DNA of 64,000 nt from Bacteroidota bacterium (lineage in GTDB: Bacteria > Bacteroidota > Bacteroidia > Bacteroidales > JAGONC01). A program made the position numbers and the translations under genes. The DNA is taken from NCBI GenBank assembly GCA_022711405.1, contig JAKLFC010000009.1, positions 3,771 to 67,770 on the forward strand. The letters run 5' to 3'. The notes under the pieces are model-generated. The model made no database searches and was not told where the DNA came from. It worked only from the letters and a program-made list of their open reading frames with translations. Positions 1-7,870 of this stretch are shown here, one piece after another. How positions within the stretch are numbered: the stretch's first letter is position 1; each line of letters opens with the position of its first letter.

Positions 1-116
1 CTATAAATTCAACTAGTGAAAGTGGACAGAACCTTTGCTCACCTTAATGTCAGTAGCAAGAATTCGGAAAAGCATACACTCTGACCTTATAATTGTATAT
101 CTTTGTGGTTGACTCA

Positions 117-243
117 ATGACAGTTAGGCAATAACAAAGAAATATTTGAGCTCATTAAAGCAACTGCGTGCAAATATCTGCCCGACGTTGAAGTCTTGTT
201 GTTTGGATCCCGCGACATAAAAGATTCTAATTCTCAAAAATAG
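117..243 (+). pseudogene. Remnant of a minimal (MNT-type) nucleotidyltransferase, frameshifted and truncated
   Basis: ATG at 117 hits TAA after 5 codons. The neighbouring frame 121..243 reads QLGNNKEIFELIKATACKYLPDVEVLLFGSRDIKDSNSQK*. That gives the N-terminal helix and the LFGSR motif of minimal nucleotidyltransferases, but it stops before the catalytic Asp region. Confidence 0.35.
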
Positions 244-252
244 GGGGATCGT

Positions 253-1131
253 ATGAAACGAGAAATGCACAGAATACTCTATTGTGTCTTATTGGCTTCG
301 GTTTTATTCTTGGTTGCGCCAGGACTGGCGCAAGTCACAGACGTTAAGGTGTATGCCTTCAATGCAGGTATCCTGAAAATACAAACACAGCTCATGCTGA
401 AGGACACACGCGTTGGAACGCCGATGAATATTCCGGTTCCATTCCTGGTGATCAAACATGGGAAGGAATGGATCGCGTTCGATACGGGATGCAGCGCCAA
501 TGCAGCCAAAGATCCCATCGGATATTGGGGCGAGGGGATTGTCAAAGCCTCTACACCCGTCATTGAACCCGACCAGGAATTTCAAGAAGCGATCAAAATT
601 TTGGGGCTTAAACCCAGCGACTTCAAGGCCGTTGTGATCAGCCACGGCCACCTCGATCATGCCGGAGCGATTGACAATTTCTTGGGCACTTCCGTTCCTA
701 TCTATTTCCAGAAAGCCGAAATGGCTGCGATAAGAAAGATCGTAGACGCCCAAATCGCGGGCACGGCTTATATCCTGGGAGATTTTCAACATCTGAACGA
801 ACTCAACATCCGGGAGATTGAGGGACCTTTCGATATATTCGGAGATAAATCGATTATTGTCTTCCCGACTCCAGGCCATACACCCGGGCATCAGTCACTG
901 TATGTGAAATTCTCCGCCGGCGAGGCGATTATTTATTGTGCCGATGCCTTGTATACTCTTGAGAATATGGACAAGTTCATAGCGCCGGGGCTTGCTACCG
1001 ACATTCCCGGCGCGATGCTGAATATCAACTGGTTTAAGTTGCAGGACTTGACAGGCACCAGGATCGTCCCTTCCCATGATCCTGAATACTGGGCAAAACA
1101 CGCTTGGGCGCCCAGCGAACTTGTTCCTTGA
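253..1131 (+). CDS. Secreted metallo-beta-lactamase-fold hydrolase (AHL-lactonase-like)
   Basis: 292-aa ORF with an N-terminal signal peptide (ILYCVLLASVLFLVAPGLAQ). It has the HxHxDH zinc motif (SHGHLDHAG) and downstream His and Asp residues (PGHTPGH, SHDP). Confidence 0.75.
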   Translation: MKREMHRILYCVLLASVLFLVAPGLAQVTDVKVYAFNAGILKIQTQLMLKDTRVGTPMNIPVPFLVIKHGKEWIAFDTGCSANAAKDPIGYWGEGIVKASTPVIEPDQEFQEAIKILGLKPSDFKAVVISHGHLDHAGAIDNFLGTSVPIYFQKAEMAAIRKIVDAQIAGTAYILGDFQHLNELNIREIEGPFDIFGDKSIIVFPTPGHTPGHQSLYVKFSAGEAIIYCADALYTLENMDKFIAPGLATDIPGAMLNINWFKLQDLTGTRIVPSHDPEYWAKHAWAPSELVP

Positions 1132-1379
1132 AAAAAGTCCAAAATAGTCGGTTTATAATCCCCCTATTCTTAGGACAGGATTTTCATTGGAATTCCAATC
1201 AGGTTCAAGTCCATTTCGCCCTTTATTTGGATGCAACTGGTGAATTTACCATGCCGCGTCTGTTGTTCCTGACCAACTGAATCCGTTATAAACCGAACAT
1301 TTGAATTGGCTAATTCTAACCGGAGCCGAATGGTCAATTTGCCTGGTGTATCCCAAAAGTTCCAGGCACAACCCGAATT

Positions 1380-1715
1380 TTACAATTCGATCATATGTCC
1401 GATACAAAAGTCCGGACCAGAAACCTCTCCTTTAAGATTGACCTGCTCGAAATAATTATACCAGCCCGACTGCTGAACAATATTTTCAAAACCGGTTGCC
1501 TGCTCTTTTGTAGGAAATTTCCAGATAGCAAAATACTCGAATGCAGCACGATAAGAAGTATCCGGGTCATTCATACTCCAGGATACGATCTCAACACCTG
1601 ATTTTAATAATTCTCCAATTCCCTTTCCGAGTTCGGCCATATAGTTACCCCGGTCTTCAATGGATAGAGCGAGCCACTCCGGACGTGCCTTCCAGCATTC
1701 TACAAATAAATACAT
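1380..1715 (-). CDS. Small cytoplasmic protein of unknown function (darcynin/DUF6616-like pattern)
   Basis: 111-aa ORF with no signal peptide. The N-terminal pattern KARPEWLALSIEDRGNY resembles small alpha+beta stress proteins. The family assignment is weak. Confidence 0.5.
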   Translation of the reverse strand: MYLFVECWKARPEWLALSIEDRGNYMAELGKGIGELLKSGVEIVSWSMNDPDTSYRAAFEYFAIWKFPTKEQATGFENIVQQSGWYNYFEQVNLKGEVSGPDFCIGHMIEL

Positions 1716-2034
1716 AGTTCAATTAATTTGGTTATTAATAATTCTAAGATAAAAAATCCATGGAAAAAGATCTATTGGTAAAGGTAGACTAATATATGAA
1801 CTAAGAAACATCAAAACATATATTTAAGGAACGGCTTTTTCTTGCAGAGTAGAGATAAGCAAAACAAATCCTTGTTTGAATTGTAAGGTATGATCCAATA
1901 ATTTATAAAGGCTAATATTAAGTCGAGGCTATGTTTATCCTGATCGCTTGGTTATTTCAACTTACACATTTTCTTTAAATTATGTCCAAAAGAAGAAAGT
2001 CAACATGCAACTTTTAAACGTTAGGGGCGCAGGC

Positions 2035-2069
2035 AAAACAGCCCGCGGCGAAAGCCGGCGGGCTGTTTT
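2035..2069. terminator. Bidirectional rho-independent terminator hairpin
   Basis: Perfect 12-bp stem AAAACAGCCCGC / GCGGGCTGTTTT (2035..2046 and 2058..2069) with an 11-nt loop. The A-run and T-run let it work on either strand. It lies downstream of the minus-strand HK-RR operon. Confidence 0.65.
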
Positions 2070-2149
2070 GATATCTGATGGTAAGATTAACAGATAGTTG
2101 ATATACGATTTAATTGACCTCTCTCCCGGCTCCTCCCCTTAAGGGGAGG

Positions 2150-2226
2150 GGTCATACGGGGTAAATTCCCCGGTGCTTGCGCCTGAATTTGTGTCCAGGG
2201 CTTGTTCTGGGGTTCATACCAGTGAT
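2150..2226 (+). repeat. Copy A of a ~77-nt intergenic repeat (GGTCAT...GGGTAAATTCCCC...GTCCAGGGCTTG...TTCATACCAGTGAT)
   Basis: About 75% identical by eye to 6987..7062. Both copies keep the hairpins GGGG-TAAATT-CCCC and CAGGG-CTTG-(C/T)(C/T)CTG. It is preceded by an 18-nt perfect palindrome, CCTCCCCTTAAGGGGAGG (2132..2149). Confidence 0.7.
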
Positions 2227-2270
2227 TGACATACAGTTGTTCCATTTTACCCTGCAGGAATATGCTGATT

Positions 2271-2978
2271 TCATTCTGACTCTTTATAGGATAACGATAA
2301 ACGAAATCCAATGCTGTGCACATTCTTAAGTTCAATTGACGTATCTTTCGACAGATATTTCCTCAACCTGCTGATAAAGACATCCAGTGTCCGGCTCAGG
2401 TAAAGCGTATCATCTCCCCATACTGCAGTGAGAATTTCCTCCCGCCTGACGATCCTGTTGATATGCCCGGTAAAAAAACGCAGGAGTTCAGACTCCTTAT
2501 AGGTAAGTACCTGCTTCTCTCCTTTCCATTCAAGGAACATACGATCCGGGAAAAACCTGTAACCTGCAAGCTGGATAGCCTCTTCTGCGTGATGGTCCTG
2601 CTCATGAATTCTTTTCCTTTTCATGAAGATTTCGATCTTCAGAATCAATTCTTCTATGCTGAAAGGCTTGACGATATAATCATCACCTCCAATGGTAAGA
2701 CCCTTTATACGGTCTTCCTTCAATGACAACGCTGTCAGAAATAAGATGGGTATATGCTTGTTTTGCTCTCTGATTTTCATGGCCAGAGCAAATCCATCCA
2801 TTTTAGGAAGCATCACATCAATGACACAGATGTCAAAGGGTTTTGTTTGAAAGAATTCCAGTGCCTGTTCTGCGTCCGTTGCGTGGACGATTCTGTAGCC
2901 TGCCTGCTCAAGGCTGTCGCGTGTCACAAAACCCAGTGCCACATCATCCTCAACGTATAAAACATGTGCTCTGTCCAT
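2271..2978 (-). CDS. OmpR/PhoB-family response regulator (REC + winged-helix)
   Basis: 235 aa. Receiver motifs are VEDD, DICVIDVMLPKMDG and KPF. The C-terminal trans_reg_C-like region reads LTYKESELLRFF...LDVFISRLRKYL. Confidence 0.9.
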   Translation of the reverse strand: MDRAHVLYVEDDVALGFVTRDSLEQAGYRIVHATDAEQALEFFQTKPFDICVIDVMLPKMDGFALAMKIREQNKHIPILFLTALSLKEDRIKGLTIGGDDYIVKPFSIEELILKIEIFMKRKRIHEQDHHAEEAIQLAGYRFFPDRMFLEWKGEKQVLTYKESELLRFFTGHINRIVRREEILTAVWGDDTLYLSRTLDVFISRLRKYLSKDTSIELKNVHSIGFRLSLSYKESE

Positions 2979-2982
2979 ATGC

Positions 2983-4245
2983 TTAGGTTCTTGTGATCTG
3001 AATAATAAAACGAGAGCCCGCGGATAATTGGCTCTCAGCCCATATCTTCCATTTATGGGCGCTGACCAGATTCTTTACATAATACAATCCAAGCCCATAG
3101 CCCTTGATGTTGGAAGGCTCTGGTGACGGAATCCTGTAAAACTTCTGGAAGATCTTATCCAAATCGTTACGGTCAATACCAGGTCCGTTATCCTCAACAA
3201 TCACCCGGACATTCCATTGGAAGTTCTCTATCGATAACCTGATCTGATTCCCGCCGTATTTTATGGCATTTTCAAGGAGATTGAACAAAATATTGGAAAA
3301 ATGCAGCCTGTCGGCCAGCACATAGACCGGTTCCTGCCCCGCCTCTATGGCAAAGGATAAAGACGGATCGGGATAGTGAACCTTTACATTGTTTACTGCC
3401 TCCTCCAACATTTTCCGCAATTCGATCTTTTCCAGTTTAAGTTTAATTTTACTTTTTTCAACCGTGGCGATTTGCAGGACTTTCTCGATTTGTTGTTTTA
3501 AACGTTCGTTCTGTTCCCCAATGATTGAAGCATATTGAAACAAACGATGCGGATCCCCGCTGATTTCGGGTTGAACCAGGGCCTCGGAGGCAATGGCAAT
3601 GGTGGATATGGGTGTTTTAAATTCATGGGTCATGTTATTGATAAAATCCTTTTGAATTTCGGATAATTTTTTCTGCTGCAGAATAATAAAAACTGCATAC
3701 GAAAAAAACATAAGAGCTGTGATGATAATCAATCCGGAAATAATCCAGATATCCATGCTCTTCAGCAGTGAAACATTTTTGCCGGGGAAAATGACTCCAT
3801 AATAATAAATCAGGCCTTCCTGCTTCAGAAAATCCTCAGAACGTTTCACTTCCGTGGAACCCTGGGGCGACTGTGAAATGTACCTTCCATATACCATTTC
3901 TTCAGTTTCACAATTATAAATCGCGTATTCGAAATCCATTCGTATGTTGCTCTGCTCAAATTCTGATTTTAAAAAATACTCAAGTATGGTCGGATCAATG
4001 ATGTCTTCCTGATTTACCACAAAATAATTGGAAGTAATCTGTTTCACGGGATCAGGCGGGATCTGCGACTGATTGAAGCGCGCCATTTGTTCTGCAACAT
4101 CATACAGGGCGATCTTGACACGCTGATTAAACTGATTCTCAGTGATATCGAATGTATTGTACACCCAGTAAAGCTGGAACAACAGAATGGTCACAATCGA
4201 AAATGATCCGAGCAAAACAACAAGACGGATACTACTGTTCTTCAT
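2983..4245 (-). CDS. Membrane sensor histidine kinase (HisKA + HATPase_c)
   Basis: 420 aa with two TM segments. The H-box is MTHEFKTPISTI. The N, G1 and G2 boxes are NLLENAIKY, VEDNGPGI and GYGLGLYYV. It ends 4 nt upstream of the RR gene. Confidence 0.9.
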   Translation of the reverse strand: MKNSSIRLVVLLGSFSIVTILLFQLYWVYNTFDITENQFNQRVKIALYDVAEQMARFNQSQIPPDPVKQITSNYFVVNQEDIIDPTILEYFLKSEFEQSNIRMDFEYAIYNCETEEMVYGRYISQSPQGSTEVKRSEDFLKQEGLIYYYGVIFPGKNVSLLKSMDIWIISGLIIITALMFFSYAVFIILQQKKLSEIQKDFINNMTHEFKTPISTIAIASEALVQPEISGDPHRLFQYASIIGEQNERLKQQIEKVLQIATVEKSKIKLKLEKIELRKMLEEAVNNVKVHYPDPSLSFAIEAGQEPVYVLADRLHFSNILFNLLENAIKYGGNQIRLSIENFQWNVRVIVEDNGPGIDRNDLDKIFQKFYRIPSPEPSNIKGYGLGLYYVKNLVSAHKWKIWAESQLSAGSRFIIQITRT

Positions 4246-4284
4246 GAAGGTAAATGTATTAAAAAAAAGGAAGGAAGGGACCGT

Positions 4285-4367
4285 TTTACATACCTTAACA
4301 TACTTTTACGTTTCGTTTACAATCCTTTACATTTGATTTACAGGTCAGGACCTTCCTACAGTTTACA
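4285..4367 (+). promoter_or_regulatory. Array of helically phased TTTACA-like direct repeats in the divergent HK / DUF1573 intergenic region
   Basis: TTTACA 4285, TTAACA 4295, TTTACG 4305, TTTACA 4316, 4326 and 4337 (spacings 10, 10, 11, 10, 11), plus TTTACA at 4362. The array lies between the HK start (4245, minus) and the DUF1573 start (4398, plus). Confidence 0.45.
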
Positions 4368-4397
4368 TTTGCACATTCACCAATAAAAACATCTATT

Positions 4398-4844
4398 ATG
4401 AAAATCTTTATCGTTTCCGTGCTTGTCATTTTATTAACAGCCGGGCAGTCACTTCAGGCACAATTAATTTCAAACCAGGCAACGGGAGGTATGACATCCG
4501 GCAATCAGGATCCAACGATCAAATGGGTAAACAGTATCATTGATCTGGGGGAAATACCGCTCAACGTTCCGGCAGAAGCCATTTTTGAATTCAGCAATAT
4601 TAGCAGTGAACCGGTCCTCATCGCCAGTGTCAGAAGTTCCTGTGGATGTACCGTTCCTGAGTACAGCAAAGAGCCTGTCCTTCCCAAAGCATCATCAACG
4701 CTATCAGCAATTTATAATGCCAAATCCCTGGGGGCATTCCAGAAAACCATCACAGTGATCACCAATGATAATCTGGAACACAGACTCACATTGAAGGGAA
4801 AAGTGGTGGCAACCTCCTCCAGCCCGAACAGACCCGGCAACTAA
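4398..4844 (+). CDS. DUF1573-domain secreted protein
   Basis: 148 aa with a signal peptide. It has the characteristic SSCGCT motif in an Ig-like domain (VRSSCGCTVPEYSKEPV). Confidence 0.75.
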   Translation: MKIFIVSVLVILLTAGQSLQAQLISNQATGGMTSGNQDPTIKWVNSIIDLGEIPLNVPAEAIFEFSNISSEPVLIASVRSSCGCTVPEYSKEPVLPKASSTLSAIYNAKSLGAFQKTITVITNDNLEHRLTLKGKVVATSSSPNRPGN

Positions 4845-4889
4845 AATCAAGGAAAATTATTACCCTGGCAAGCTTTTCAATCCCGGTCC

Positions 4890-6731
4890 TTAGGGCGCCA
4901 TGGTCTCAGGCGTCACCTCCCAGACAGCCTGTGTGCTACCAGGAAGCATTTGGCCGCGGTCCTCACCCACCTCGGTGTCGATCAATCCGTTGAGCTTTTC
5001 GTTCATGGCCAGGAGCAGGTCGTTGTACTTGTTTCCTTCCGCCGCCAGATTCTTCATCTCCAATGGATCGGAAGCGGTGTCGAACAGCTCGGCGTCGTTG
5101 TAGCGGTAGATCTCCTCCAGCGTTGTCGGGCGGTTGTGCTGCTTCGGCGAGAAATAACGCGCATAGACATACTGCCCGTCGTACACCATTCGCATGGCGC
5201 CGCGTTTCATCATATCGGGGACGATGCCTGCCTCACTTAGCTCTTTGGGATTACCGCCCTGCTTGATGTAGGCCACTGCGCGATACAGGAAATCACCGTC
5301 GATGTAGGCGAACATGTTGTAGTTGAACAGCACGCCATTACGAAAGGCGTTGAGGCCGGCGTTCTCAGGGGAGGTCAGCAGGCCCGAGAAATTCTTCCCG
5401 GGCAGAGATCCGGTAATGCTGGTAAAATGTTGCCGAGGTATACCTGTCATGGCCACGAGTGTGGGAGCGAGATCGACGTGGGAGGTGAGGGCCAGGCATT
5501 GTTTGCCGCCGGGGTACTCAGGATGCGCTATGATCAGTGGCACATGGTTCTGTTCGCGGTATGACGTCGACCCCTTGGCGTGGAGGAGGTGGGCGCTGTC
5601 GAGGTCGCCATGGTCAGCCGTGAGGATGATGATGGTGCGGTCGGCGAGCCCCACAGCATCCAGTTCGGTAAGGATGGCGGCAATGTTGCGGTCGGCATCG
5701 CGCAGGCAGTTCAGGTAGTAGTTATGACGACGGCGCCAGCGTGGTTCTTCGTTCGGTATTTCGCCCACCAGGGCATCATGGGAGCGCAGGAAGTCCTTGT
5801 GCGCCTTTGGGCGTCCGGGGGCATCCAGCGCCTGGTTATGATTGGCAGGGAGATCGAAATCCCATTGTTTATCGTACAACGAATCGTTGGGTGCCCGTAC
5901 CACGTGGCTAAGGGCCATCGAAGCCTGGTGATCCGTGCCGGGCGCATCGGTGTCGAAAAACATCACATCGTGCGGGTTGACCAGGTTAACGGCAAGGAAC
6001 CAGGGCTTGCCATCTGCCGCCAGATCGCGTCCTTTGCCTCGCAGCCAGCTTATCGACATGGCTGCAGTCACGCCATCATGAAGGTACCCGCCCTGATGGT
6101 GCGCGATGATATCGCCCACCCCAACATAGTCGGAAAAGCCGTATGCCTCCATCTCCTGAGTGAAGATCCTGGTAGGAGTGCCCAGCTTGTTGACAGTCTC
6201 GAATTCCTTGGTGAGGTGCCATTTGCCCTTGTAGGCGCTGTAGTAGCCGGCCTGGCGCATCATGTCGCCCAACGTGGGGATCTCTGTCGACAAGCTGTCG
6301 ATCCAGGGGAAGTTGGTGTTGTCGAACATCCGGGTCTGCTGGATGTGCTGACCGGTGTAAATCACCGAGCGGGAAGGCGTGCAAACGCAGGAATTGATGC
6401 GGTGGTTCAGAAATGTGGTGCCCTGTCTGGACAAGCGCTCGTGGGCAGGCAGGCTAAAGCCCACCGGGAGTTCGCCTGGCCGGAAGAACCGCTCCTGATC
6501 GGTAAGGATAAAAAGAATATTATAAGGGCCACCGTTGGGCGTGTTTCTTACGGATCGTTTGCTTGCTTCATCCGAATCCGCTGCCAGTACTTCATTGCCG
6601 GAAGTGCCTGTGACCCCAAGGCCCAATGCCGTCACCCCTGCACCCGTGATCTGAATGAACTTACGCCTTGAAAGAGAAGACGGAGAAGTATCCTGATCCT
6701 TTGTTCCTGGACTAAATCGTTTATTTTTCAT
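4890..6731 (-). CDS. Cys-type sulfatase with twin-arginine (TAT) signal
   Basis: 613 aa. The TAT motif is SRRKFIQITGAGVTALGLG. The formylglycine motif is C-T-P-S-R (SCVCTPSRSVIYTG). It also has GKWHL and ADHGD motifs. The gene is visibly GC-rich. Confidence 0.9.
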   Translation of the reverse strand: MKNKRFSPGTKDQDTSPSSLSRRKFIQITGAGVTALGLGVTGTSGNEVLAADSDEASKRSVRNTPNGGPYNILFILTDQERFFRPGELPVGFSLPAHERLSRQGTTFLNHRINSCVCTPSRSVIYTGQHIQQTRMFDNTNFPWIDSLSTEIPTLGDMMRQAGYYSAYKGKWHLTKEFETVNKLGTPTRIFTQEMEAYGFSDYVGVGDIIAHHQGGYLHDGVTAAMSISWLRGKGRDLAADGKPWFLAVNLVNPHDVMFFDTDAPGTDHQASMALSHVVRAPNDSLYDKQWDFDLPANHNQALDAPGRPKAHKDFLRSHDALVGEIPNEEPRWRRRHNYYLNCLRDADRNIAAILTELDAVGLADRTIIILTADHGDLDSAHLLHAKGSTSYREQNHVPLIIAHPEYPGGKQCLALTSHVDLAPTLVAMTGIPRQHFTSITGSLPGKNFSGLLTSPENAGLNAFRNGVLFNYNMFAYIDGDFLYRAVAYIKQGGNPKELSEAGIVPDMMKRGAMRMVYDGQYVYARYFSPKQHNRPTTLEEIYRYNDAELFDTASDPLEMKNLAAEGNKYNDLLLAMNEKLNGLIDTEVGEDRGQMLPGSTQAVWEVTPETMAP

Positions 6732-6986
6732 AACAAAAAGATCTTGTTATAATTACCGGATAAACATCCATGTTGACATATAACGTTGACATCATGTCCG
6801 GGGAGGTTGCGTTCCTTTGCAAAGAGCGCCGGGGCATTGATGTGTCGCTCAAAAAAGATGAAACAGAACTTTCGGCAAAAGTATGAATTCTCCGATTCCA
6901 AGGACAGGTTTTTTAATGGTAATGACCCCGCCCCCTTCACCCACTCCTCTGGGTCCCCGCGAAAGTGGAGATCCGGGAGGGGGACA

Positions 6987-7062
6987 GGTCATCAAGGGTA
7001 AATTCCCCGTACTTTCACCGGAATTAGGGTCCAGGGCTTGCCCTGAGATTCATACCAGTGAT
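6987..7062 (+). repeat. Copy B of the ~77-nt intergenic repeat
   Basis: See 2150..2226. It is preceded by a GC-rich tract (6925..6986) and followed by two ATATACGAT motifs (7061, 7089). The 13-mer TGATATACGATTT also occurs at 2099..2111. Confidence 0.7.
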
Positions 7063-7132
7063 ATACGATTTCACAATTGGGGGATATACGATATTCGATA
7101 ATACCAAAGTAAGGGTTCTGAAAGAGTAAAAG

Positions 7133-7474
7133 TTATTCTCGTAATAATAAATCAGATACTTCTTTCTTCAATTGAGGAAGGTGGTGGATAATGATACCCC
7201 AGAGAATTTCTACAGTTATCGTATCGTATCCATGAATGATCCTATTCCGGGCATCGACAATTTTCCTGGAATTGGACAGATTTAGATCAGGTTCTATTTT
7301 TAAAACTCGATTGACTGCTTCACCAATAATTTCAAGATTCCTTTCCACAGCTCTCCTGGTTTTTAAATCGTTTTCAAATTCTTTAAAGACCTTTTGCCGT
7401 CCTTCAAAATAAGCTTCAATCTCTTCAATGGATTGAAGAATATCATATAACCAGGCTTTTACTTCAGGATTCAT
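7133..7474 (-). CDS. hepT: HepT-like (DUF86) RNase toxin of a type VII TA pair
   Basis: Start chosen at MNPEVKAWLYDIL. It has the R-x4-HG motif of HEPN/DUF86 (ARNRIIHGYD). It overlaps the upstream MNT gene by 11 nt. Confidence 0.8.
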   Translation of the reverse strand: MNPEVKAWLYDILQSIEEIEAYFEGRQKVFKEFENDLKTRRAVERNLEIIGEAVNRVLKIEPDLNLSNSRKIVDARNRIIHGYDTITVEILWGIIIHHLPQLKKEVSDLLLRE

Positions 7475-7766
7475 AAACCAATTGCTTTGATAAATTGATC
7501 GACTCAATCAGGTATGGATTCTTTAAAGCTTTTTCTTCCAACAAATCAATTTCCCTTTTGAATAGATCTTCCAGCGAAAACTTAAAGTCGAAATAATTGT
7601 CAGCGTAATCTTCAAGGTTGATCTTTTTGAATGAAACCAGGAAATCAATATCACTATCAGGTCTGAAGGATGGATATACCGCTGAGCCAAATACAAAGAG
7701 CCTGCCTACATGATGTTTGATGCAAAGCATTTTAAGGCTGACGATATTTTCCTGAATAAGTTTCAT
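7464..7766 (-). CDS. mntA: MNT-type nucleotidyltransferase antitoxin
   Basis: Start chosen at MKLIQENIV (the longer ORF extension has no support). It has the GS-x10-DxD pattern (LFVFGSAVYPSFRPDSDIDFLV). Confidence 0.8.
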   Translation of the reverse strand: MKLIQENIVSLKMLCIKHHVGRLFVFGSAVYPSFRPDSDIDFLVSFKKINLEDYADNYFDFKFSLEDLFKREIDLLEEKALKNPYLIESINLSKQLVYES

Positions 7767-7870
7767 GGTACAAAGATAAGAAACAAGTGTGAGAATTTTG
7801 ACTATAGCTAACCTCAGGGAGTCACATTTGTATGCTGAATGAGGGTAGGTCATTCATAGAGCGGATGCAA

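Noticed and set aside
2087-2335. ORFs 2087..2335 (minus) and 6883..7101 (plus), which span the 77-nt repeat and the GC palindromes, considered as real small proteins.
   Set aside because: An indel between the two repeat copies breaks frame conservation upstream of the shared segment. The translations are dominated by palindrome-derived PPSP and GRG strings, and no start context is conserved. I kept them as non-coding repeats, while noting weak plus-frame conservation as an open alternative.
5580-6671. 363-aa ORF on the plus strand inside the sulfatase gene. Similar long antisense ORFs lie at 304..891, 19685..20320, 24445..25077, 29119..29904, 42493..43029, 43715..44404, 46173..46721, 48224..48781, 54611..55138, 55947..56573 and 58253..58870.
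   Set aside because: Each lies entirely inside a CDS on the opposite strand that carries clear family motifs. Their translations are Arg/Gly/Val/His-rich with no motifs. Open antisense frames are expected in GC-rich coding DNA. I treated them as shadow ORFs.
6772-6792. Two GTTGACAT octamers 13 bp apart, upstream of the TAT sulfatase, considered as a regulator site or promoter.
   Set aside because: There are only two short copies, and no cognate regulator or second occurrence is present in the window. TTGACA is the proteobacterial -35 consensus and not the Bacteroidota one. The evidence is too thin to call.
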